A stretch of DNA of 63,081 nt, the filler included, from Octopus bimaculoides (Eukaryota): NCBI RefSeq assembly GCF_001194135.2. It is 8 parts of 7 records of this genome, joined end to end, with 100 filler letters (N's around TTAATTAATTAA, not from the genome) between each part and the next. Parts side by side here need not be neighbours in the genome. Positions count along the whole stretch, not along the records: positions 34,076 to 56,596 come from NC_068987.1; 7 more parts are not named here. One strand, written 5' to 3'. The translations under genes were made by a program, and so were the position numbers. This document shows, one piece after another, positions 37,578-50,296 of the stretch. The stretch's first letter is position 1. Each line of letters begins with the position of its first letter. The notes beneath the pieces are model-generated. The model was not told the origin of the DNA, ran no database searches, and was given only the letters and a program-made list of their open reading frames with translations.

Positions 37578-38346
37578 GCAAAATACATGCCATTTTTACA
37601 TTATCTGTTATTATTTAAAAAAATGGTTGTGAAACTATTTAAAATTTTGTATTTTTATACACACACTCATACACACACACATATATATATATGCATATAT
37701 ATATATATATCTATGTATATATACGCATGTATGNNNNNNNNNNNNNNNNNNNNNNNNNNNNNNNNNNNNNNNNNNNNNNNNNNNNNNNNNNNNNNNNNNN
37801 NNNNNNNNNNNNNNNNNNNNNNNNNNNNNNNNNNNNNNNNNNNNNNNNNNNNNNNNNNNNNNNNNNNNNNNNNNNNNNNNNNNNNNNNNNNNNNNNNNNN
37901 NNNNNNNNNNNNNNNNNNNNNNNNNNNNNNNNNNNNNNNNNNNNNNNNNNNNNNNNNNNNNNNNNNNNNNNNNNNNNNNNNNNNNNNNNNNNNNNNNNNN
38001 NNNNNNNNNNNNNNNNNNNNNNNNNNNNNNNNNNNNNNNNNNNNNNNNNNNNNNNNNNNNNNNNNNNNNNNNNNNNNNNNNNNNNNNNNNNNNNNNNNNN
38101 NNNNNNNNNNNNNNNNNNGTTATTGTTGTTTTTATCAAACCTACGTATTTTCAATTCTCTCATCTTCACTTATTTTTTGTCTATTTGTTTACTGTATTTC
38201 ATATATTTAAAACCATTTTTTTCCTGGTCTTCTTTAGTATTTTCATATATATATGAAATATAATGGTTACGATGCTATGCAATGACAATGTAGACAATGT
38301 AACACAGTGCTTGCCACATTATTACAGTCATGGTGGTAGTATTAAC

Positions 38347-38388
<42 letters not shown>

Positions 38389-38550
38389 TAGCAGACGGAG
38401 AAGAAGACATCGAAGTAGAAGCTGTGTTTTTCTTTAAGAATAATTTTTTTAAAATTGTAAATCCAAAATAAACTTTCAAGCTTACTCTTGAAATACAATA
38501 TGTACATATATGTATATGTACACGTTCCATAAGTTTCTTTGATGTGTTAA

Positions 38551-38592
<42 letters not shown>

Positions 38593-39923
38593 ATGTATGT
38601 ATGTATGTATGTATGTATGTATGTATGTATGTATGTATGTGTGTATGTATGTATGTATGTATGTATGTTTGTATGTATGTTTGTATGTAAGTATCTATGT
38701 TGGGTGTGTGTATGTGCTTAATATCATCTGGGCAATAACCTCATAGCATTTCAAAGCTCCGATATGGTTATCGGCCACCATATGCTATCATACAGCAGGA
38801 ATACTCCTTTTATTGAACATACATTTCGAAATCCGTTAGTATATGCAGAATTCATTGAAAAATAAAGTCATAATACGAGGGAATGGAATGAACAGGGTTT
38901 AATCTAATGTACAACAATGGTTTCTGTGCATTAGTACCAACTGTTAGTTGCTGAGTTTTCCATATTATACATGCTTTTAAATAAGTATATGATCATGATC
39001 TAGTTACACGTCTTCAGGTGAGTGGCTTTAAGAGCACTTCCATGCCCTAATTGTTTGATTGTTAGGTTTACACATCAATTACAAGAATTACAAGAGTAGT
39101 ATTTGAAATCCGATGGACAAGATTTGTTTAAAATTGTCCCGAAGACTCTGCCCGAGGATCATGTTAATGATAGGCGCCGCCTATTTAGTATCACTGATTC
39201 GACGCTGACCTATTTGACATTCGATGTTTTAATGTTTCACATGTTCTTGCCCTCTGTCACTCTGTTTATGTGTGAATATATTTCTCTTTATGCGTATGAA
39301 GAGAGGGTAAGTTTTTTTTTTATGTCACTCGTCTTCAGTTAATAAATTGCAATGTCTCACACTGTCTCCAACCATATTTGTATATTTCTGTGCGCATATC
39401 TTTAGGTGTGCTTTCTTCCCAGTGCCAAGAAACGTACTGTCACCAAACAAGTCAATTGTTCAGTCAGCCGTAAAATATCATTAGCGTCCAAACAGCCGCG
39501 CCCGATTGTCTCATTTCGCAGACTCATGTGTTAATGTTTTGATGTGTGTTGCTTACGTATTTCTTTAAGCATCGTGTTGCGATATGAATCTTGCTTCCCT
39601 GATTAATCTTTATGTATTATTCACAATAGTCCCATCTCGACACCGCATATTCTGAAGAGGTGGAACTACCGGTTTAATGTATTATAGTGCACTATAAATA
39701 GGTGGGTAAACAACACACATTTGTAATGTCAGAACGACCCGCGTAGAATCATCAGGATAACGTCTAACAAATCTAGTCTGGTCCTTCAGATTTGAAATAC
39801 AACTCTTCTTCTATGATATTGTTAGGGACTAAGTATATCACAGACGCAGCTACACACAATGTAATCTTGAGTTAGAAACGGAGCGATTCTCTGTGCAAAA
39901 AGACTACAACTTTGAATTACACG

Positions 39924-39958
<35 letters not shown>

Positions 39959-39960
<2 letters not shown>

Positions 39961-40254
39961 CTTTTACTTGTTTCAGTCATTTGACTGCGGCCATACGGGA
40001 GAAACGCCTTTTGTCGAGAAAATCGAACCCAGGATTTATTCCTTGTAAGCCTTGTACTTATTCTATCGGTCTTTTTAGCCGATGCGCTAGGTTACGGAGA
40101 CGTAAACACACCAGTTTCGGTTGTCAATACATACACACAAACATATATACAATACACACACGCACACACACACACATGCACGCACACACACACACATACA
40201 CACACATACACACACACACATATATATATACATACATACACACAAACACATATG

Positions 40255-40340
<86 letters not shown>

Positions 40341-40492
40341 CGACGGGCTTCTTTCAGTTTCCGTCCACCAAATTCAATCACAAGGCTTTGGTCGGCCCGA
40401 GTTTATAGTAGAAGGCACTTGCCCAAAGTGCCACTCAGTGGGACTGAACCGGGAACCATGAGGTTGGTAAGCAAGCTACTTACTGCACAGCC
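39959..40492 (-). mobile_element. SINE family A with expanded (about 210 bp) internal microsatellite
   Basis: Both modules intact around a compound (CA)/(TA) tract at about 40130-40340. Confidence 0.9.
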
Positions 40493-41169
40493 ACAATCGA
40501 ATAAAAGAAAATTTAATAACAACATTAACAAACAACAAATGGACGCACTCATAGAATGTATTCCTTTGACGCTCGGTAAGAAGAGAGAGATTTTAATGTT
40601 TCAAGCAATATCTGTGCGTGTGTGTGTGTGTGTGTGTGTATACGCGTAAATGTATATGTAAATAGATACTTACATGCATGTATGTATATGTATGTACGTG
40701 CTTACATAGGTGTATCAATACATTTCAGTCAACAGTGTACGTCATAGATTGATATATACAGCAGTAGAGTATAACATTGAAACGACACTTTTATCGCAAA
40801 TAATATCTCAGTCGAATTCGCTGCCAAGAATGCGTTATATATGCAAATCGGTCTCCCCAATTTAATTAAGTTCTTAGTATTAGTGGGTTGGTAATTCGTT
40901 TATTTGTATAATGTGTTTAAAACCAGTGTTCTGTGGAGAATTAGAGAAAATTCGATCGCTAATGATATCATAGCACAAGTTTAAAACTAAACTGATTGGC
41001 TGACGCCTCTTTTTTGTCCACGAATATGTGCTTTGTAAAGATTATTATTGTGCCGGTAGGATCGTTAGCGAGTCGAACAAAATGCTTAGCGGTATATCTT
41101 CCAACTCTTTACGTTTTGAATTCAGATCCTGCGCCTATGGTAAAGAGAAAATTATTCTTCATATCCCAA

Positions 41170-41940
41170 TTTTTTTTACTTAAGTTTTGTTGGAACTCCC
41201 GAAGTCTTGCATGCGCAGAGGGCTTGCTACCTGTAGCCTACGGTACCATACTATCTATTCTTGTCAGTTAATACTTTCCTTGTGATTTTGGCCGTGCCAA
41301 GGAGGTAAACCTTTTTGTAAAAGCTCTATTGGGTACTCTATTCCGATTTCCTATCTCTCGTCAGGTGATCGCACTGGAACATTACATCCCACAAGATTTT
41401 GCAGTTCTCATTTTTGGTGACTCCTGGAATTTGTTGATACCACGTCTTTGCTCTTTGTAGGCCGTGATTTCCACAGAGTTCCCAATGGATCATTCTTGCT
41501 ACATTGTCATGGCGTCTTTTGTATTCGCGTTGTGCCAATTCGGGGCATTAGCTAACGATGTGCCATACCGTTTCACCCATCTCACCACACATTCTGTATG
41601 TCTTGATGTTCATATCTCTTGCAAACCGACCGGGTATTCTTCTTCCTTCCATGCTTTTTCTTTTTTTTGTTTGTTTGTTAATTTCTTTTGTTCCACAATT
41701 TTCAGTTTTGATAACGCTAGCCTTCTTCGTGTTTTGCAACAGTGAACCCACGATATTTTTTATATACCACCCTAGGCTGTTTTGCTCTGCTGTGACACAG
41801 TCCTGGCAACTGATCAAACATATCCAACCTTTCCTTCTGGACAAGTACAGCCTATCGGTGTCTCTCTTAGGGTAGAAGGCTCCGTGTACTATCAACATTT
41901 TTCAGGTTATGGTATCCACTTTCTTCATTTCTGTTTTTTA
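41170..41940 (-). mobile_element. R4/Dong non-LTR retrotransposon 3' part, frameshifted
   Basis: HGAFYPKRDTDRLYLSRR, YRMCGEMGETVWHIVS, AQREYKRRHDNVARMIHWELCG, NENCKILWD and ELLQK..LLGTAKITRKVL*. (ATT)n lies at the 5' junction. Confidence 0.9.
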
Positions 41941-41943
41941 TTG

Positions 41944-42015
<72 letters not shown>

Positions 42016-42322
42016 NNNNNNNNNNNNNNNNNNNNNNNNNNNNNNNNNNNNNNNNNNNNNNNNNNNNNNNNNNNNNNNNNNNNNNNNNNNNNNNNNNNNN
42101 NNNNNNNNNNNNNNNNNNNNNNNNNNNNNNNNNNNNNNNNNNNNNNNNNNNNNNNNNNNNNNNNNNNNNNNNNNNNNNNNNNNNNNNNNNNNNNNNNNNN
42201 NNNNNNNNNNNNNNNNNNNNNNNNNNNNNNNNNNNNNNNNNNNNNNNNNNNNNNNNNNNNNNNNNNNNNNNNNNNNNNNNNNNNNNNNNNNNNNNNNNNN
42301 NNNNNNNNNNNNNNNNNNNNNN

Positions 42323-42488
42323 CTTGTCACACTGTGTCACGCTAAATATCCCCGAGAACTACGTTAAGGGTACACATGTCTGTGGAGTGCTCAACCACTT
42401 GCACGTTAATTTCACGAACAGGCTGTTCCGTTGATCGGATCAACTGGAACCCTCGACGTCGTAAGCGACAGAGTGCCAACAACAACAA
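42323..42488 (+). mobile_element. SINE family C 3' half with (AAC)n tail
   Basis: Near-identical to 12195-12300 and to the reverse complement of 1205-1370. The 5' part lies in the gap. Confidence 0.85.
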
Positions 42489-42514
42489 TTATTATTATTA
42501 TTATTATTATCGAA

Positions 42515-42660
42515 ATTACGCCGGGCAATATGCTTAGTGGCACTTCGTCTGTCTTAACGTTCTGAGTGAAAATCCCACCGAGGTCGACTTTGCTTTCATC
42601 CTTTCGGGGTCGATGAAATAAGGCCCATTTGTGTACTGGGGTCGATGTAATCAACTTAGC
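42515..42660 (+). mobile_element. SINE family B partial
   Basis: Core GAGGTCGACTTTGCTTTCATCCTTTCGGGGTCGAT. Confidence 0.75.
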
Positions 42661-42970
42661 AGAGCACAGCGGATAATATACTCATATATGTACATACATA
42701 GATAAAAAAGGAACCATACATATGTACACATGCACACACACGCATGTATATATGTATGTATGTATATAGGTAGTGCGTCGATTTGATTAAGGTATTGTTA
42801 TGTCTCAAGCTACTGCTATCTAGCACCTTCGGATGATCTCTACTCGACGGCTACACGACGGCTACTCAACAGTCAGTCCACTGTCAGTCGACCCCTAGCA
42901 CTGTCAGACTACCTCTATTTATATGTCTTGGTCGAGCCTACTTTTTCGCTTGCGGACGTCGACACAACAG

Positions 42971-43041
<71 letters not shown>

Positions 43042-44039
43042 NNNNNNNNNNNNNNNNNNNNNNNNNNNNNNNNNNNNNNNNNNNNNNNNNNNNNNNNNNN
43101 NNNNNNNNNNNNNNNNNNNNNNNNNNNNNNNNNNNNNNNNNNNNNNNNNNNNNNNNNNNNNNNNNNNNNNNNNNNNNNNNNNNNNNNNNNNNNNNNNNNN
43201 NNNNNNNNNNNNNNNNNNNNNNNNNNNNNNNNNNNNNNNNNNNNNNNNNNNNNNNNNNNNNNNNNNNNNNNNNNNNNNNNNNNNNNNNNNNNNNNNNNNN
43301 NNNNNNNNNNNNNNNNNNNNNNNNNNNNNNNNNNNNNNNNNNNNNNNNNNNNNNNNNNNNNNNNNNNNNNNNNNNNNNNNNNNNNNNNNNNNNNNNNNNN
43401 NNNNNNNNNNNNNNNNNNNNNNNNNNNNNNNNNNNNNNNNNNNNNNNNNNNNNNNNNNNNNNNNNNNNNNNNNNNNNNNNNNNNNNNNNNNNNNNNNNNN
43501 NNNNNNNNNNNNNNNNNNNNNNNNNNNNATAGTTTTAAAATAAGATGGATTGGTTACGACTGGAATGATTTGGGCCATGGGTGAGCTACGGTTCTTAACT
43601 ATAGCAATAACTGTTAACCGTTAACCAGATAAAATTGAAAATCAAGATAATTCCCCACCTCGCCGCATAAAAAGCTCCTCTAAAAGAGGAAAGGATTCAT
43701 GCAACATTAGTTTTCCTCAGTTTTATAACTCCGCTGTATTTATGATGCAATATTACATTATTCATAACATGAGACAACAACGGGTACCTCTACGTAGTCG
43801 TTTAAATTGCTCGAAATAGTTACAGAATCCGACGTAAAAATAGAATGATATATTAGAAAATGTAATTATAGATCGAATTACAAAGCTAAAATAGTGGCTC
43901 TTTCGAAGACCTATCAATCTTTTGAATATATCTCTTTGAACAGGCCTAATTCCACACAATACGGTAACTCATATATGTTTATATAATATTTGCATTATAT
44001 ACAGTTCATACACAACTACGACAATATTTATGTATTAAA

Positions 44040-44215
44040 AGGCTGCTAGCTGGCGGAATCGTTAGCGCGTCAGGCAAAATGCAAAGCATCATTTCGTCTG
44101 TCTTTACCTTTTTAGTTCAAATTCCATTGTAGTCGACATTGGCTTTCATTCTTTTGGGGTCCAAAAAACTAAGAAGCAGTTGAACACGGGTCAATGTAAT
44201 CGACTTAACCCTTCC
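44040..44215 (+). mobile_element. SINE family B, old
   Basis: Head and core recognisable. Confidence 0.65.
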
Positions 44216-45585
44216 TTTTACTGGCTATATGTCACAATTTGAAATTAATATTTATACACTAAGGAACATTATTTTAATACGTCGTTCGGTTGTACACCAA
44301 GAAATGCATCATGACCACCATTAACAGGGTCTGTTCTGTTGCATATACCCAGACAGATATCCGGTTTCAGGATACTTTCTTTCTCATTCTCACAATTCAT
44401 AAAACCTTGTAAAGAACCACTGAGATTTTCTGCCGACTAAACTTAAAAATATTAGCAATAGAGATGCCAGAACGTGTCAGAACAAAAGGGTTCACAGTCA
44501 TCTACTTCACAAGGAAACCACGATTTCCACCGTGTGTTGAAGCCACAGTAGGCGATCTATCTTTGGTATAGTTACTAGTTCTTTTACGCAGCTCTGTCAA
44601 AACATGATGAGCAAACTATGTACACGCATATACAGATATTTTACACTGGTTACCATAATACAAGAAAACTTTAAATTGGACGGTGTGTACTTCACATATT
44701 GACGAGGAACATCTACGAGCACTTCATAGGTGTAATCACAACAGTGGTTCCCAACCTGTTTAAATGTGTTATCCTACGGGCACCTTTTAATACGCTTATC
44801 TTTATGTATGTATGTATGTATGTATGTATGTATGTATGTATGTATGTATGTATGTATGTATNNNNNNNNNNNNNNNNNNNNNNNNNNNNNNNNNNNNNNN
44901 NNNNNNNNNNNNNNNNNNNNNNNNNNNNNNNNNNNNNNNNNNNNNNNNNNNNNNNNNNNNNNNNNNNNNNNNNNNNNNNNNNNNNNNNNNNNNNNNNNNN
45001 NNNNNNNNNNNNNNNNNNNNNNNNNNNNNNNNNNNNNNNNNNNNNNNNNNNNNNNNNNNNNNNNNNNNNNNNNNNNNNNNNNNNNNNNNNNNNNNNNNNN
45101 NNNNNNNNNNNNNNNNNNNNNNNNNNNNNNNNNNNNNNNNNNNNNNNNNNNNNNNNNNNNNNNNNNNNNNNNNNNNNNNNNNNNNNNNNNNNNNNNNNNN
45201 NNNNNNNNNNNNNNNNNNNNNNNNNNNNNNNNNNNNNNNNNNNNNNNNNNNNNNNNNNNNNNNNNNNNNNNNNNNNNNNNNNNNNNNNNNNNNNNNNNNN
45301 NNNNNNNNNNNNNNNNNNNNNNNNNNNNNNNNNNNNNNNNNNNNATATATGTATACATACAAGCATGAAAGTATGTATATATATGTATGTATATCAAATG
45401 TCCACGTTAGTGGTCAACGTCATATATGAAAATGCATGTATATATATATATTCTTTTATTCTTTTATTTGTTTCAGTCATCGCAATTAACGTGCAAGTGG
45501 CTGAGCACTCCACAGACTCGTGTACCCGTAACGTAGTTCTCAGGAAGATTCAGCGTGACGCAAATTGTGAAAAGGCCGGCCCTTT

Positions 45586-46647
45586 GAAATCGATCGGTCT
45601 GTCGAGAAATCGATCGGTCTATTTAAGGAGAAGAAGCGACAAGCAAATTTCATATCTGCGCATATTCTGATTTTCTTTCAAATCATGTGGTACCCATTTG
45701 TCGAGGCTCTTTTTTTTTCTATTTTCTGATCGCATGCAAGTGGTTGTTGGCAGTTTCCTGGGTAACTTTGCCCGTTCTCGGGTGGTTTTACATGGATCTT
45801 TCTCAATGACGGTCTTTAATTGACCGACATCGATGACAGATGGACGTCTACTACGCACACAAACTTCAAGTCTCAGATTTCCACTGCGAAATCCTTTAAA
45901 CTATTTTCGACCTGACCACTCACTGCTCATTTCCTCCCCAAAAGGTTAATTCATATCGCGAGCAGTTTCAGCTGCTTTACGTCCTTTTTTGAAGTTGAAT
46001 AGCAAGTTAAATAACATCGCATATCTTGCGATGAATAGTGGATTCTGTGCAATAACATAAAACGGTCTTCGTAGTGGCTGGAATAAAATGGAGTACAGAA
46101 AACCTTCCCTAAAGCCGAGCTCTTGAAGAAGGTTATGGTGACCGTGTGGTGGTGTACTGCTAGACTCATCCACTATAACTTCTTAAAACCAGGAAAACCA
46201 TTACTGCAGGAACATATTGCCATGAAATTGCCAAAATGAACAAAAAGAACACAAAAAGAAATGCTACTCCTCCGTCCCAGACTGGTCAACAGAAGAGAGC
46301 CAATCATTCTTCGTGACAATGCTCGACAACACGTTTCACTAATGATGCTCCAGAAGTTGAGGGAACTTGGTTACAAAGTTCTTTCTCCCCCAGCTTATTC
46401 CCTAGACCTTTGTCCCAACGACTACCCCTTTTTCAAGCACCTTAATGGTTTCCTGCGAGAGGAGTTCAACAATCAAAAAGTGCGTTCAAAGAGTTCATCA
46501 GATCCAGAACTCCAGATTTTTACGTCACCGGAATAAATAAACTTGTAGCTCGTTGGTAAAATGTTTTGATTGTAATGGTACTTGTTGAAATATATTGTGA
46601 TGACTTTCACGTTTCAAAACATTGCTTACTTTTTACTCAGCCTGATA
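45586..46647. mobile_element. Hsmar1-like mariner remnant with its 5' half inverted
   Basis: Minus strand 46021 to 45590 encodes AML..FKKGRKAAETARD...WVPHDL...RFLDR. Plus strand from 46027 encodes CDE*WIL...KVMVTVWW...DNARQH...PAYSLDLCPNDY. Right TIR-like TTACTTTTTACTCAGCCTGA+TA ends at about 46647. Confidence 0.9.
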
Positions 46648-46693
46648 TATAGGTATAAACTTGCTAGCCATTTTATTATTATTATTATTATTT

Positions 46694-46985
46694 TATGTTT
46701 GACTTTTGTTTTGCATTTGTACAAGTTGGATCCAAGTCTCACCCAGAGATCTCAAGAGACAACAAGTTAGAAGTTAATGTAGGTGTTATGCCTAGGGTAC
46801 CATATATTTGGATTTGTACAGTTTTGTTCTAGTGAACGTTTAAGAAACCATAAGAAAATTATGTGTTTGCTTTAAAATTTGAGATCACATAGACAGTATT
46901 TTACGTAGGAATATTTGAGATCACATAGACAGTATTTTACGTAGGAATATTTGAGATCACATAGACAGTATTTTACGTAGGATTA
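46694..46985 (-). mobile_element. R4/Dong 3' end (third subfamily) with triplicated 36-bp 5' junction
   Basis: ILRKILSM* followed by a UTR and (AAT)n tail at about 46672-46693. The unit TTTGAGATCACATAGACAGTATTTTACGTAGGAATA starts at 46878, 46914 and 46950. Confidence 0.7.
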
Positions 46986-47432
46986 TTATTATTATTATNN
47001 NNNNNNNNNNNNNNNNNNNNNNNNNNNNNNNNNNNNNNNNNNNNNNNNNNNNNNNNNNNNNNNNNNNNNNNNNNNNNNNNNNNNNNNNNNNNNNNNNNNN
47101 NNNNNNNNNNNNNNNNNNNNNNNNNNNNNNNNNNNNNNNNNNNNNNNNNNNNNNNNNNNNNNNNNNNNNNNNNNNNNNNNNNNNNNNNNNNNNNNNNNNN
47201 NNNNNNNNNNNNNNNNNNNNNNNNNNNNNNNNNNNNNNNNNNNNNNNNNNNNNNNNNNNNNNNNNNNNNNNNNNNNNNNNNNNNNNNNNNNNNNNNNNNN
47301 NNNNNNNNNNNNNNNNNNNNNNNNNNNNNNNNNNNNNNNNNNNNNNNNNNNNNNNNNNNNNNNNNNNNNNNNNNNNNNNNNNNNNNNNNNNNNNNNNNNN
47401 NNNNNNNNNNNNNNNNNNNNNNNNNNNNNNNN

Positions 47433-47484
<52 letters not shown>

Positions 47485-47489
47485 TGTCT

Positions 47490-47700
47490 GTGTTTGAACC
47501 CCTATCATTATTTGACACCCGGTGTTGGTGTATTAATGTCCCCGTAACGTAGCGGTTCGGAAACGGAGACCGATAGAATAAGTACTAGGCTTAAAAATAA
47601 ATAAGCCCTTAGGTTCGATTTGTTCTACTAAATAATCTTTAAGGCGGTGCTCCAGCATGGCCATAGTCAGGTGACTGACACAAGTAAAAGAATGAAAGAA
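47490..47700 (+). mobile_element. SINE family A 3' module
   Basis: GTCCCCGTAACGTAGCGGTTCGG...AAGGCGGTGCTCCAGCATGGCC. Confidence 0.8.
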
Positions 47701-48562
47701 TATAAATTCACACACATCAAGAAACCCTACTTTAATTTTGAATGCAATGGAGGCCAAAATCTTTTCACTTAAAAAGAAATTCGATATAAGTAAGAACAGA
47801 AATGCCGATTTATCGATGACAAAGGAAAAAGAAATGAGATATAAAAATAAAAGGAAAATGTGTAGGATGATGGGGTTATTACTGCATTTGTTGATGATGG
47901 AAATGGTTATGGTGATGGTGGTGATAATATTGGTAGAGGTGAACACTAGGTCAATTTAAATCAAATGGAAAACAACTTTATTGTCATTTTTTCTAGTCCA
48001 ATATATTAAATATTTTCTTTTAGTTTTCGTGATAAACTAAGCTAGTTTATGATTTATCTGTCATCAAACTAGTCTGAAATATGGTAAATGTTAATAAGTC
48101 ATTTCTTATCTTCTCTCTCTTTCTCTCTCTGTACATACACACAGACACACACACACACATACATACACACGTATATACTTATACATATATATATATATAT
48201 GTATGAACAAACGTAAATGTATTAAGGTAAATGTATAAAAAAAACTAGATGTATAAAAAATATAGGTGTATACATACATATATGTATAAAAAATATAGAT
48301 GTGTATATATATGTATAAAAATATAGATGTATATATATGTATATATATACATATATATATATATGTATACACGCACGCGTATGCATGTACATATATGCAC
48401 ACTCTATACATATGTACATATGTACATATGTAGTCATATACATAGATACTCCCATATAAATATACATTTAAATACATATATATATATATATATTAATATA
48501 AATATATACACATATATATATGTATGTATATATGTATATATATATATATATTAATATATATA

Positions 48563-48601
<39 letters not shown>

Positions 48602-48920
48602 ACCTATATATGTATAGATAAATGTGTAGTGTATGTATATATACATACACACATGCACATAGGTGTGTGCGCGCGTGTGTGCCTGTGTGTTCGTGTGTAT
48701 GTATGTGTATGTGTGCGCGTGTATGTGCGTCTGCGCGCGCGTGCTTGTGTATGTCTGTGCGTGTGCCTGTATGTTCTCGATCACACGATTTTTTACGTAT
48801 ATACAGTAATAAAAAAGAGAAATACTAATGTTGGAAACTCAAGTTCTGGTTTATGTTGGTGACATTACTTTTGATTTAGGAGATTATTATAAGCTTACAA
48901 TGTCTAGTTTATTTACTTAC

Positions 48921-48951
<31 letters not shown>

Positions 48952-49292
48952 CATATATATTGCTTATATATTCTAAGAGCCGAACGGAAGTAAGCTTCTG
49001 AGTTAGTAACTTGATAACAAGTGACAGAAAATATGAACTAATAATTTATTTATATCTAAAATGAACGCTTTTAACAACGCACTACTGAAGACATGATCAA
49101 GCGCTGGCTTTGAATAATGTACGAAGAAAAGAATTGTTCAACAACCGTTTAGTTTCGTATGCCATAACCTTGCACGAACGTAGGCTATTACAATCAAAAT
49201 ATATTTCCGCAAATAAAGTTACCAAGTCATATCCATAAATAAAAGACAATGATCTTGTCTATCTATCAGTCAATTTATCTGTCTATCTGCCT

Positions 49293-49397
49293 GTCTGCCT
49301 GCCTATCGTCTGCCTGCCTATCGTCTGCCTGCCTATCGTCTGCCTGCCTATCGTCTGCCTGCCTAACGTCTGCCTGCCAATTGTCTGCCTGCCTATC
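49293..49397. repeat. 15-bp minisatellite (GTCTGCCTGCCTATC) x7
   Basis: Direct count, two variant units. Confidence 0.9.
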
Positions 49398-49444
49398 TGT
49401 CTNNNNNNNNNNTGCCAATCGTCTGCCTGCCTATCTGTCTCTCC

Positions 49445-49514
<70 letters not shown>

Positions 49515-49859
49515 GTTTATATGTTTATTTATAAATCTATTCGCAGGTTACCTACGGAGGTATATACGTCCGTGGTGTGCTTTTATGTTCGATTATATGG
49601 GTCAGATATTTGTGTACACAATTTCAGTGTCTCGTAAATGGAAGACAGCCTAAGATAATGTTTCGTATCAGGCGTCAAATATTTATATTCCCATATATTT
49701 ACAGACATTTTAACAATCAACAAGGCAGATTCCAATCTGATGCAAAAGATTAAAAAAGCCAACCACAGCAACACGGATTTCGTAAGCTGTCTGGCAATAT
49801 CCTATTGTTTCTTATTAGAAAAGAACTGATGAGGTCGGCTGTATATGGATTATCCGTGA

Positions 49860-50008
49860 TCGAGAGAAAGAAACATTTTCCGAAGTCAGACAACTTCATC
49901 AGCGGCAATCTCAGCAAAAACAGTGAAGACGATTACGCAGTAGCTCAAGGTGCAGGAGTCAAATATCAGGCGTGAGTTACACGAGGATTTCCGGTACAAG
50001 TATGTGAT

Positions 50009-50043
<35 letters not shown>

Positions 50044-50183
50044 AGATCGTGTTTGGCAAATCCGGTATAATTGTTNNNNNNNNNNNGGGCGTGAGGAACA
50101 AGCTCAAGTATCTAGAGAAATCTCGATCATTTCGATATGAAGAACTTCGAAAAAAACTCGAAGGTGCACTGGAGAAATGATAA
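49860..50183 (+). mobile_element. Possible Tc1/Tc3-like transposase remnant
   Basis: RERNIFRSQTTSSAAISAKTVK...VQESNIRRELHE loosely resembles a Tc3-type HTH region. It is interrupted by (GA)n and a gap. Confidence 0.3.
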
Positions 50184-50186
50184 GTG

Positions 50187-50296
50187 GCTGCACACATGGT
50201 GCTGCACACATGGTGCTGCACACATGGTGCTGCACACATGGTGCTGCACACATGGTGCTGCACACATGGTGCTGCACACATGGTGCTGCACACACA
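50187..50296. repeat. Perfect 14-bp minisatellite (GCTGCACACATGGT) x7 plus partial
   Basis: Seven identical units at 50187-50284. Confidence 0.95.

Noticed and set aside
39100-39313. 69-codon open frame ending at AGG|GTAAGT
   Set aside because: No polypyrimidine acceptor in the open phase and no recognisable homology.
49826-49902. Two CTGATGA motifs (49826 plus, 49896-49902 minus) resembling hammerhead cores
   Set aside because: Neither has stem II closing directly onto GAAA. CTGATGA hits at about 2444 and 18350 fail the same test.
46878-50296. 36-bp and 14-bp direct repeats as possible CRISPR arrays
   Set aside because: Units are contiguous without spacers, the context is eukaryotic, and no cas genes are present.
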